Positions 9,106 through 20,136 of a DNA stretch of 25,704 nt are shown here, piece after piece (position 1 is the first letter of the stretch; every line of letters starts with the position of its first letter). The notes beneath the pieces were generated by a model. The model was not told where the DNA came from. It did no database searches and saw nothing but the letters and a program-made list of their open reading frames with translations. The position numbers and the translations under genes were made by a program. Source of the stretch: Octopus sinensis (lineage: Eukaryota); contig NW_021836097.1 of the NCBI RefSeq assembly GCF_006345805.1, forward strand, positions 1-25,704, in the 5' to 3' direction.

Positions 9106-9511
9106 GGCGCAGGAGTGGCTGTGTGGTAAGTAGCTTGTTTACCAACCACATGGTTCCGGGTTCAGTCCCACTGTGTGGCACCTTCGGCAAGTGTCTTCTA
9201 CTATAGCCTCGGGCCGACCAAAGCCTTGTGAGTGGATTTGGTAGACGGAAACTGAAAGAAGCCTGTCGTATATATGTATATTAAAGGCGGCGAGCTGGCA
9301 GAGTCGTCAGCACGCCGGGCGAAATGCGTAGCCGTATTTCGTCTGCTGTTACGTTCTGTGTTCAAATTCCGCCGAGGTCGACTTTGCCTTTCATCCTTTC
9401 GGGGTCGATAAATTAAGTACCAGTTACGCACTGGGGTCGATATAATCGACCTAATCCGTTTGTCTGTCCTTGTTTGTCCCTTCTGTGTGTAGCCCCTTGT
9501 GGGTAGTAAAG

Positions 9512-9573
<62 letters not shown>

Positions 9574-9790
9574 GTGTGTGTTGTGTGTCTGTGTTTGCCT
9601 CCCTAGCATTGCTTGACAACCGATGCTGGTGTGTTTATGTCCCAGTTACCTAGCGGTTCGGCAAAAGAGAGACCGATAGAATAAGTACTGGGCTTACAAA
9701 AGAATAAGTCCCGGGGTCGAGTTGCTCGACTAAAGGCGGTGCTCCAGCATGACCGCAGTCAAATGACTGAAACAAGTAAAAGAGTAAAGA
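9106..9790 (+). mobile_element. SINE family A, full length, interrupted by a B copy
   Basis: Head 9106-9282, 3' half ~9575-9790; collinear with the uninterrupted copy at 6823-7187. Confidence 0.9.
9286..9515 (+). mobile_element. SINE family B, full length, nested in the A-internal (TA)n
   Basis: ggcggcgagctggcag...gggtagtaaagaaata followed by (TA)n. Confidence 0.9.
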
Positions 9791-10227
9791 GAGAGAGAGA
9801 TTAAAAAAATACTTGATGACGAACAAATTACTAACAATAAACAAGATCATAAACGAGAACGACTTCAATAACAACAACGACACTATCAACGACAACTTCA
9901 AAGCAACAGGGTCAAAAGAAAAATTTTTAAAAAAAGAGCGAAGATCAGGAACGATAATAAAAAAATATCTAAATTGCTACGGCACAGCGACAATCGCAAT
10001 TGTTTATTTTGTAAACAAAATCATAAGAGATTAAATAAACTATCAACTAAGCGCCTGTATATTATTATTATTATTACTGTTGTTATTATTGATGTTGTTG
10101 TTCTTCTTATTATTAAGATAAGAATTCATTTACATCGGTATGTGTGTAAATAAAATACAAGACGTTTGTTGTTCAAATTAAAATTTGAATCATACAAAAT
10201 TACACCCACATTTGTTACCAAAGAAAG

Positions 10228-10326
10228 CCTATGTATATATACATACATATACATACATACATACATACGTACGTACACACATTCACACAAACAATGAGAA
10301 ACGTAACTTATCTATCTGTCTATATC

Positions 10327-10360
<34 letters not shown>

Positions 10361-10500
10361 CATCCATCCATCCATCCATCCATCTATCTATCTAACTCTA
10401 TACATATCTATCTTTCCATCTATTTATCTCTCTCTATCCATCCATCAATCTATCTATCTCTCTCTATATATACATCAATCTATCTATCTATCAATCAACA
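10228..10500. repeat. (ATAC)/(ATCT)/(CATC)n tetranucleotide arrays
   Basis: Direct inspection. Confidence 0.9.
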
Positions 10501-10997
10501 AACACACACTAACTGAGTTATTTCCCTCTCTACTCGAGTTATACGGCAATACTTTCATCGTACCATTGAGAGGGCGTATGTATAATCTCGACCTGCTAGA
10601 AAGAGCAACAAATTTACATCGAAGTTACACCCCACGGTCTCTAGATGTATGAAACCAAGACTGGACCCTTACTGTATTTTATGCATTTGAACATAAATAT
10701 TTTCTTTCCGAGATAAAGCGAAATCGGAATTTACCTGAGTTCCTTACCACACAACCACCCAAATAAAAATTATTCTCCATACAAGAAAACACCACGTGCG
10801 GCAGAGAATTCAACGGAAACAATACTTACTCTTTTAATTCCTCGTTGCCAAAATCTCCAAACCATGTTCTCTATCAACAGGCGGAAGTCAAAACACTATT
10901 GCGTACTGGAATACGGAAGTGACGATGTACACAATAGTAAATGACAAACAACCACAAAAAAAAAAATAAATAAATGAAATGGTAAAACACCCTCCAA

Positions 10998-11131
10998 GTG
11001 TTTAGTCGAACAAATTGATTACGACGCTTATTCTATTGGGCTCTTTTGCCGAACCATTTAGAGGAACTTGAACAAACCAACACTGGTTGTCAAGTGGTGA
11101 TGGGGTAACAAACAAAAGATACAAAAACACT

Positions 11132-11140
<9 letters not shown>
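10998..11140 (-). mobile_element. Diverged 3' half of SINE family A
   Basis: tagtcgaacaaattga...cttattctattgggctcttttgccgaacc...ggttgtcaag. Confidence 0.55.
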
Positions 11141-11169
<29 letters not shown>

Positions 11170-11217
11170 TACATATATATATATATATATGCATATAGTT
11201 ATACATACATATGTATT

Positions 11218-11536
11218 TACTCTTTTTACTCTTTTTTTTTACTCTTTTTACTTGTTTCAGTCATTTTTTACTTGTTTCAGACATAAACACACCAGCATCG
11301 GTTGTCAAGCAATGCTAGGGGGACAAACACAGACACACAAACACACACACATACATATATACATATATATATATGACGGGCTTCTTTCAGTTTCCGTTTA
11401 CCAAATCCACTCACAAGGCTTTGGTCAGCCCGAGGCTATAGTAGAAGACACTTGCCCAAGGTGCCACGCAGTGGGACTGAACCCAGAACCACGTGGTTGG
11501 TAAACAAGCTACTTACCACACAGCCACTCCTGCACC
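11218..11536 (-). mobile_element. SINE family A with an internal deletion of roughly 115-120 bp in the 3' half
   Basis: Intact head to 11536; jumps from cttgtttcag straight to acataaacacaccagc relative to 6823-7187. Confidence 0.85.
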
Positions 11537-11539
11537 TAT

Positions 11540-11582
<43 letters not shown>

Positions 11583-12057
11583 TTTTTTTTCTACTAAATT
11601 AACTCTCAAGGACTTGGTCGACCCGAGGCTAAGCTAAATGACAGTCAGGTATGGTGCGGTGTAGCGGAGGCGTTGGCATGAACTGAAAACGAAACCGTGC
11701 TTCTTAACTGCAAAGGTTACAAATCGAGCTTCTTAACTGCTAAGGTTGTGTTTTGCGATTCTCAGCGAAATGACAGAAGAATTTGAAAAATAATAGGTAC
11801 AACACTATTGTTGTTTTAATCTCGGATCCAACTCTTCCGGTTCCTGATCCACACACACACACACACACACACCACCACCACCACCATCACTACTACTATT
11901 ACTACTACTACTGCCACTACTACTTGACAAAGACAGACGTATTGTTGAAATATCGTTCAACCAATAAAGTATCTTACAATCGAACCGCGCTCTTCGTCTT
12001 GAATGTTTACCTTTGCGAAGTGTTCCGTCAATCCTTTTTAAAGTAATAATAATAATA

Positions 12058-12095
<38 letters not shown>

Positions 12096-12097
<2 letters not shown>

Positions 12098-12491
12098 TCT
12101 TTCTATTGGAAGTACAAGGCGTCAAGTTTTGGAGAAGGGATAAGTCGATTACATTGACCCCAGTGAGTAACTGGTAGTTATTTAATCGACCCCGAAAGGA
12201 TGAAAGGTAAAGTCGACCTCGGCGGAATTTGAACTCAGACGTAACGTCAGACGAAATACCTATTTCTTTACTACCCACAAGGGGCTAAACACAGAGGAGA
12301 CAAACAAGGTCAGACATAGGTATTAAGTCGATTACATCGACCCCAGTGCGTAACTGGTACTTAATTTATCGACCCCGAAAGAGGAAAATGCAAAGTCGAC
12401 CTCGGCGGAATTTGAACTCAGAACGTAACGGCAGACGAAATACGGCTATGCATTTCGCCCGGCGTGCTAACGTTTCTGCCAGCTCGCCGCC
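12096..12491 (-). mobile_element. Composite family B: head-body-tail1 (12491-12261) fused to headless body-tail2 (12260-12096)
   Basis: Body repeated twice; junction acgaaatacc|tatttcttt; (AAT)n on both sides. Confidence 0.85.
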
Positions 12492-12550
<59 letters not shown>

Positions 12551-12836
12551 TCACCTCTGGAAACATGGTTGTTTCGTTCAACATCCTTAAACAACCCTTA
12601 TTCAGGGATTTTTTGAGCAGGATGGGTTACTCGACCAGAAGAAAATTCTAACAAGTCTCCACCTGCAAGGTCATGTGCTGTTTATCTTGATATGAGATCA
12701 CCATGTCGCGCACATATGGTTGTGATGCATGTGCCTAGTGCACCCTTATCAGACGGGTAGTAATGATGGGTATACTGGGCTTCGTATATTTTACCCCAGT
12801 GTCGCTTTGATGGCATGCACTTCTCTCTCACTCAAT
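12551..12836 (-). mobile_element. Family C, 5' part, between (AAT)n arrays
   Basis: Reverse complement of 12551-12650 matches 17136-17240; the end at 12836 matches 1061-1100. Confidence 0.75.
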
Positions 12837-12837
12837 G

Positions 12838-12880
<43 letters not shown>

Positions 12881-12904
12881 TAATAAATAATAATAATGAT
12901 AATA

Positions 12905-13122
12905 ACCCTTTCTACAAGAGACACGAGGTGAGCATGTCTGGGTGAGGGTGGGGTCTAGTCGATTACATTGACTTTAGTACTTAACTGGTACTTTAATTCA
13001 TCGATCACGAAAGGATGAAAGGAAAGTCAACCTCGATGGAATGTGAACTTCGAACGTAAAGAGACGTAAGACAGAGCAGTAACCTTTTTTATCCGATGCG
13101 CTAACGACTCTGCCAGCTCGCT
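12905..13122 (-). mobile_element. SINE family B, diverged, tail type 2
   Basis: tagtcgattacattgac...aaggatgaaaggaaagtcaacctcg...ctctgccagctcg. Confidence 0.7.
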
Positions 13123-13134
13123 TTCCTCACACCC

Positions 13135-13615
13135 ACACAACTACTACTACTACTACTACTATTACTACTACCACCACCACCAACACAACTACCACCACTA
13201 CTATTACTACCACCACTACCACTACTACTATTACCACCACTACTATTACTACCACCACTACTACTACTACCACCTCCACTACTATTACTACCACCACTAC
13301 TACTACTACCACCTCCACTATTACCACCACTACTACTATCACCACTACTACTACCATCACTACTACTACTACCACCACTACTATTACTACCACCACTACT
13401 ATTACTACCACCACTACTACTACTACCACCTCCACTACTATTACTACCACCACTACTACTACTACCACCTCCACTATTACCACCACTACTACTATCACCA
13501 CTACTATTACTACCACCACTACTATTACTACCACCACTACTACTACCACCACTACCACTACTATTACCACAACTATTACCACTACCACGACGACTACTAC
13601 TACTACCACCACCAA
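13135..13615. repeat. (ACT/ACC/ATT)n array with higher-order duplication
   Basis: Direct inspection; acctccactattacc recurs at 13311 and 13467. Confidence 0.9.
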
Positions 13616-13744
13616 TACCAAATGTGGAACCAATATCTCCTTTCCCCTCACCCCCGCCAGTTCTGTTCTTGAAAATATTTGCAAGCTAAGGAGTTCTTTT
13701 ATTCCATTAACTTTAGAATTTTTGTTTCTCCCCCCCACATCCAC

Positions 13745-14051
13745 CATGGCGACAAAATCCCACCACCACGACAACCACCGCCACCAGCACCACCGCCGCC
13801 ACCACTACCGACACAACCACCGCCGTCACTACCACCACCACCACCGCTTCCACCGCCACCACCACCACTACCATCACCACCTCCAAACACGACGACGACG
13901 ACCACCAACACACACCATCACCATCACCACCACAACGACGACAACCACTGCCACCACAGCTGTCACCGTAAACACCGCCGCCGCTGCTACTGCTACTACT
14001 ACTACTACTACCACCACAACCACCACCACCACTACTACTACCACTACCACC

Positions 14052-14086
<35 letters not shown>

Positions 14087-14182
14087 AACTACTATTACAA
14101 TGGCAACGACGAGGACGGCGTCGTCAAGAACAACAATGACAGAAGCAACAAGCTCTACGACCATCGCCACTATAATAACAAC

Positions 14183-14214
<32 letters not shown>

Positions 14215-14235
14215 CACCAACAACAACAACAACCA
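13745..14235. repeat. (CAC/CTA/CAA)n trinucleotide array
   Basis: Direct inspection. Confidence 0.9.
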
Positions 14236-14658
14236 CCAGGCAAATACAATACCGTCAACAGCTTCAAAGAAACCGGAATTCCAAAACGTATTTTTTTCGC
14301 CTCTCAAGAGCGAAATTGTATCTTGAACAAATTCTATACATTTGTTGCTGACTTTGTATGTAACAAACTAATGTTTTTTTCGTCTTCTGGTTTATTTCAT
14401 TTGTTTTAATCATCGACCACCCTCCATTCATGAAATTGGCGTCTACTTTTTCTCACATCTGGGTTTAGCTAAGAAACGATCCTTCCTTAACCACGATCCT
14501 TCCGTATTGTTTCTACCGTTGGGGACAGTGGTCGTTTCTTTTATCTTTTTACTTGTTTCTGTCATTAAACTGCGACCATGTTGGAGCACGGCCTTGAAGA
14601 AGCTTCAGCTGAATGAATCGATTTCAGTAATTTTATATATATATGCTAGGCAAGTTTC

Positions 14659-15068
14659 GGATCTTTTCGGTTTGAACGGCAGTTTTTTAAAATAATTTCC
14701 ACGTAACTAAACACTTTTAAACTTTGTATTCTGGTAGAATGTGTTTATAAAACATCTTTTTTTCTTGGCTTTATTGAGAAAATTCTATAGTTTGTAAGAT
14801 ATTTGTTGTTTTTTTTCTTCAATTTCTGCAATTTCAACCAATCAATGACGTCTATTGAGGTGAAAACATTCTGTGCCGTATGAAAATTTCCCTCGTTAAA
14901 GAAACAGATTTGGTTTATTTACATTTGTGAAGCAAAAAAGATACCCTTCCCCCTACCCTAACCCTAAAACAGATTGAAATGCAATAGATCGATACTAGGG
15001 TCATAATTATGGGTGACAATTCCATATGACACCGCTAGAAAAAACTGCCGTTCAAACCGAAAAGATCC
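14659..15068. mobile_element. 410-bp MITE, perfect 30-bp TIR, 8-bp TSD (Merlin-like)
   Basis: TIR GGATCTTTTCGGTTTGAACGGCAGTTTTTT at 14659-14688, reverse complement at 15039-15068; TSD CAAGTTTC at 14651-14658 and 15069-15076. Confidence 0.9.
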
Positions 15069-15254
15069 CAAGTTTCATAAGACTACAAAATATAAATATC
15101 CACGCTACCACACTTGAAACGTACCTGTTGTAACTTTTTATCTTGATTTGAATGTATGTGAAGGCATTTAGGATGCTTTAACTTATTTTTGCAAATGTAC
15201 TAAGCAATAATGCTTATTATAGTTTAATTAATAAGCGTAGGATTGAGGTAAATG

Positions 15255-15593
15255 CAGTAAAAATAGGGGGAGAGGGCAGTGGGGCCCCATTTAAGTGGCC
15301 CTTCAGAAATTTAACCTCTTTACGATACTCTCTAGGAGTTCATGTTATGAAATTCACTGTCATTGCTCCGATTTGGTCACCAATGCCATATATTTAGTTT
15401 AAAATACAGTAAAAATAAAGAGGTGAGTGGGGCCCCAATTAGGCGGCCCTTAAAAAAATAGACCCCTCAGGACATTCCCTGGGATTAGGGAAGTTGCTGG
15501 TTAGAATTTCGTTGTTCTTGCACCAACAGTCTAGGAGGCGTTTACGAACATAAAAACGTAACGGACAGAGAAACATGACTCAAATTTATAATA

Positions 15594-15596
<3 letters not shown>
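15255..15596 (-). mobile_element. Possible Helitron-like remnant with 152-bp subrepeats
   Basis: Minus-strand A|TCCTATTATAAA... start next to (TA)n; subrepeats begin at 15255 and 15407; no 3' CTAG seen. Confidence 0.4.
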
Positions 15597-15627
<31 letters not shown>

Positions 15628-15876
15628 TTTTAATTTAGATCACTTTAACCTCTTTGTTACCATATTTCTGTTGGAATACACTACTTTTGTTTCATAGCAG
15701 GAAATTTTAATAGTAGGTCTTAAGATCATTTTCAACTGGAAATTTGTTTCATAAAACCAACGGCGATCTCAATCGGGTTTGCTGTTAAAAGGGTTCCACC
15801 AATATACAGTAGGGTACAGTAGGGTACAAGGAAAGCCTAAAATCGACGGAGGATGGAGAATAGTGATTTGAAATAA

Positions 15877-16050
15877 GTGCGGCTGTGTGGTACGAAGTTC
15901 GCTTCCCAGCCACATTATCCCGTTTCAGTCCCACTGCATGACAATTTGGGCAAGTGTCCTCTGCTATAACCTCGGGCCAACTAGAGCTTTGTGAGTAGAT
16001 TTGGTAGTCGAAAACTGAAAGAAGCCCATCGTATGTGTGTGTGTGTGTAT
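15877..16050 (+). mobile_element. Diverged 5' half of SINE family A
   Basis: ggctgtgtgg...ttcagtcccactgc...gggcaagtgtc...aactgaaagaagcccatcg then (TG)n. Confidence 0.75.
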
Positions 16051-16554
16051 ACTCGAACGGGTCCTTTCGGTAATCTCCCAACATTCATGACCCCAGATGA
16101 AATAATCTAGTTATAAATGAATATAAATCTTCGGGTAACGACCTTCCGGCTCTGAAATAATACATGAATCGTGGATGGCCATCAATCATAGAGGCGGATC
16201 GCCAAAATGTCACAGACGCCTGTTTCCTCTCTAAACTGATTAATCTAACTAGCAAACGTGTGCGCGTACGCCTACGTATACACAAACAAGATTATTCAAG
16301 AGACAGGGAAACAGAGACAATGACACACACACACACATGTATGTATACACATATATACATACACGGACGCAAACACACAAACATGTATGTATGTATGTAC
16401 AAGGATTCAGTAAGCAAAATCATTGAACGAGATAAGTTAAGAGACCACTAAAAGTCAGGCAATTCATATCTTAATAAAGATAACACTTTCTTTAGCGACA
16501 TAATGATAATATATTGTTAACTGTATTTGAGTAATATATGTGTCTGTAAATATA

Positions 16555-16842
16555 TATTTCTTTACTGCCCACAAGGGGCTAAACACAGAGGGGACAAACA
16601 AGGACAGACAAAGGCATTAAGTCGATTACATGGACCCCAGTGCGAAACTGGTACTTAATTTATCGACCCCGAAAGGATGAAAGGCAAAGTTGACCTCGGC
16701 GGAATTTGAACCCAGAACGTAACGACAGACTAAATACCTATTTCTTTACTACCCACAAGAGGCTAAACATAGAGGGGACAAACACGGACAGACAAACGGA
16801 TTAAGTCGATTATATCGACCCCAGTGCGTAACTAGTACTTAA
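16555..16842 (-). mobile_element. Headless tandem family B units (tail1-body-tail1)
   Basis: 184-bp unit 16555-16738 plus partial unit 16739-16842; same junction as 12260|12261. Confidence 0.85.
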
Positions 16843-16927
16843 TTAAGTACCAGTTGCGTCCTGGGGTCGACCTCATCAACTGGCCCCTCCCCCAAAATTC
16901 CGGGTCTCGTGCCTAGTGTAGAAAGGA

Positions 16928-16928
<1 letters not shown>
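16843..16928 (+). mobile_element. Family B 3' fragment, tail type 2, followed by (ATT)n
   Basis: taagtaccagttgcgtcctggggtcga...gtgcctagtgtagaaaggaatt. Confidence 0.7.
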
Positions 16929-16977
<49 letters not shown>

Positions 16978-17135
16978 GACGGCGTTATTAGACGGACTAG
17001 TCGATTTCTTTTTAAAAAACAGTCTAGAATTGTTTGCTCAGAAGAAGCTTTTTGTGTTCTCTGTAACACGTAGAAACATTTAGTATGGTAGTAGAAACTT
17101 TTGCACTTCTTTCAAAATTCTAACTTAGGCCTGGG

Positions 17136-17494
17136 TAGAATTTTCTTCAGGTCGAGTAGCCCATTCCGCTCAACAGGTCCCTGAATAAGGGTTGTTTAAG
17201 GACGACGAACAAAACACCCATGTTTCCGGAGGTGAATTATTCAAATCCCAAAGAAACCCTCTCAACACATGGCTATGATTTTTCCCCCACTACTTCTGCT
17301 CAAGATCCGAGATGCACATATCAACCACTAAGGGACATGCTCAACTGGTTAACGTCAAGCAACTAACAAGCAAATCTGTGGTATTGAGCAGAATATTTGC
17401 TGTTAGCCCATCTTTTTTTATGCCAAAACAAAACATGTACATGTTGAGATCAAAAGCCATGAGAGCCACTGCCTGGTACTGCATCAGGGCATTT
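17136..17494 (+). mobile_element. Family C, central and 3' part, followed by (ATT)n
   Basis: Overlaps the 12551 copy at its start and the 22691 copy in its middle. Confidence 0.75.
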
Positions 17495-17864
17495 ATGATT
17501 ATTATTATTATTATTGTTGTTGTTGTTGTTGTTGTTCTTATTCTTGTTGTGAATATTAAATGGAGTCTAGAAATCTAGTCAGAATGAAATAACAGTCGGA
17601 CAGGTTTTCCATTAAAAAAATGTTTTGGTTTTTGTTTAAAACTCCGATGCTCCACCATTTCCTTACTACCGCCATTATTATTATTAGTATTATTTATTTT
17701 TTTTCCTTTTTGCTATTACGAGAGAGTTATTTGACCCCGTCACCTCTCGCTTCCAGCATAACAATTCAACTGGAAGAAACAATAACCACAGCAAGAAGAA
17801 CATTAAGCAACAAATATTCAAAGGAAACACAAAATTGATTACATGTCTAGACCTACAACGCATG

Positions 17865-17866
17865 CA

Positions 17867-17901
<35 letters not shown>

Positions 17902-18366
17902 ATGTATGTATGTATGTATGTATGTATGTATGTATGTATGTATGTATGTATGTATGTATGTATGTATGTATGTATGTATGCATGTATGTATGTATGTATG
18001 TGCACATGTATGTATGTATGTATGTGCACATGTATGTGTGTATGTGTATATGTATTTGTGTGTATGTATTTATGCATGTATGTATGTGTGTGTATATAAG
18101 TATGCATGTATGTATGTGGCTGTCTGTATGTATGTGTGTATATGTGTGTAAGTATGTATGTGTGTATACGTATATGTATTTATGTAAGTATGCGTGTATG
18201 GATATGTATGTTTAACATGTATATATGCATGCAAGTTTATATGCATGCATATGTATGTACATATAAGTGTGCGTGTATAAATGCGTGTATGATGTATGCA
18301 TGTCTGTATGTGTATATGTATGTCTCTATGCATGTTTGTATGAATGTTTGTATGTATATATGGTTA

Positions 18367-18395
<29 letters not shown>
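17865..18395. repeat. (ATGT)n array decaying into mixed TG/TA sequence
   Basis: Direct inspection. Confidence 0.9.
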
Positions 18396-18398
<3 letters not shown>

Positions 18399-18763
18399 CA
18401 CACATCTATGTGTGCATGCACGGTATCTAATTTACGTGAGCACGCAGCCTCCCCACACAGACACACACACACATATGTATATGTGTGTGTATGTGTGTGT
18501 GTGTGGTTGTGTGCGTGTGCGCGCATAAATGGCTGTATATGATACGTTTAGTGAGAAATACTAATTGTCTAGACATAATAAGGATGTTTATATATTTTTT
18601 ATATAGACGTATGTTTATACACATTGTCAACATTTTTCTACAGTTTATATACATTATTCTACACATGCCTATGAGTAAATATATATACATGCATACATAC
18701 ACCCACAGATACATACATACATATATACACACACATATATATATATATACATACATAACCACG

Positions 18764-18840
<77 letters not shown>

Positions 18841-19201
18841 CTATGTGTGCATGCACGGTATCTAAATTTACGTGAGCACGCAGCCTCCCCACACAGACAC
18901 AACACCACATATGTATATGGTGTGTGTATGTGTGGTGGTGGTGTGTGTGCGTGTGCGCGCATGAAATGGCTGTATATGATACGTTTGTGAGAGAAATACT
19001 AATGTCTAGACATAATAAGGATGTTTATATATTTTTTATATAGACGTATGTTTATACACATTGTCAACATTTTTCTACAGTTTATATACATTATTCTACA
19101 CATGCCTATGGGTAAATATATATACATGCATACATACACCCACAGATACATACATACATATATACACACACATATATATATATATACATACATACACACG
19201 T

Positions 19202-19270
<69 letters not shown>
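18395..19270. repeat. Near-identical ~435-bp tandem duplication
   Basis: cacatctatgtgtgcatgcacggtatc at 18401 and 18836. Confidence 0.9.
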
Positions 19271-19272
<2 letters not shown>

Positions 19273-19301
19273 CATATATATAATATATAAATGGATACAT
19301 A

Positions 19302-19332
<31 letters not shown>

Positions 19333-19628
19333 TTATAGATGCATACATACTTATGTGTGTGCGAATATATATTTATATATATATGTATATGTTTATAGGT
19401 GTAAACATATATGTGGACATATATATATATATAATGCATATAATTATACACACAAACACCTACACTCACATACATGCGTGCGCGAGTGTATATATACAAG
19501 TTTTTCGACTTCACACCAATTATACACTCGATACTCTATATATAAAAAGTAAAAACACTAAATATATTTTCTACTCTCAAGTATCAACGTTTAGGAAATA
19601 CGGTATACAAATGCAAAAGGAACTGTGA

Positions 19629-19667
<39 letters not shown>

Positions 19668-19916
19668 TGTGTGTGTGTGTGGTGTGTGTGTGTAGTGTAC
19701 ATGTATGATGTTATGTGTATACAAATTTATGATGGTATCTCTACGTATATGTGTTTATGTTTCTTACGTATGAGACATTTTTTTCTTTGTTCATTTCTGC
19801 CAGGGCAAATACAGATGATGAAGATCATAATCCTCATCATCACTGCACTCATCATTCTTCATCATCATCATCATCATCATCACCATCATCATCACGAACT
19901 GACATAATCAAAATTA

Positions 19917-20118
19917 CGAGGAGGTGCTGAAAAGCGTATCGCGAAAGGCCTGATTGGAGGCCCAACCTACGTGTTCTTTTACAGGGCTTAGAAAAACCGA
20001 AGGACCGCTACAATAAGTGAACGCATCTGGGAGGGGAGTACCATGAATAAAATCATAATTGCTTGATCCTCTTGTATTTTCTTTTACCCAAAGCCAGGAA
20101 CTTTTTAGCACACCCTCA
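19917..20118 (+). mobile_element. Mariner-type non-autonomous element, copy 1
   Basis: TA|CGAGGAGGTGCTGAAAAG ... CTTTTTAGCACACCCTCA|TA imperfect TIRs; interior aligns with copy 2. Confidence 0.75.
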
Positions 20119-20136
20119 TATATATACATATACACT

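Noticed and set aside
9106-9180. tRNA-like sequences with A and B boxes (also 309-380, 7120-7187, 11465-11536, 23232-23290)
   Set aside because: SINE heads: they continue into family-specific bodies and I cannot fold a complete cloverleaf.
10881-10921. Two CGGAAGT ETS-like motifs
   Set aside because: Short motifs with no gene, TSS or conservation evidence in the window.
11699-11747. 20-bp direct repeat GCTTCTTAACTGC(A/T)AAGGTT with 29-bp period
   Set aside because: Only two copies; ordinary micro-duplication, not a CRISPR-like array.
13127-14351. Long ORFs of poly-Val, poly-Thr, poly-His and poly-Pro
   Set aside because: Stop-free translations of trinucleotide arrays, open in several frames.
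17178-17232. Hammerhead-like CTGAATA...GAA(A)C...GTTTC in family C
   Set aside because: Position 8 is U with C3 (no pair), stems I and II are not evident, and GAAA is not conserved between the 12551 and 17136 copies.
17690-19628. Overlapping MYVC/YIHT/YIYI ORFs
   Set aside because: Di- and tetranucleotide repeats; the same applies to 23500-24606 and 24670-25346.
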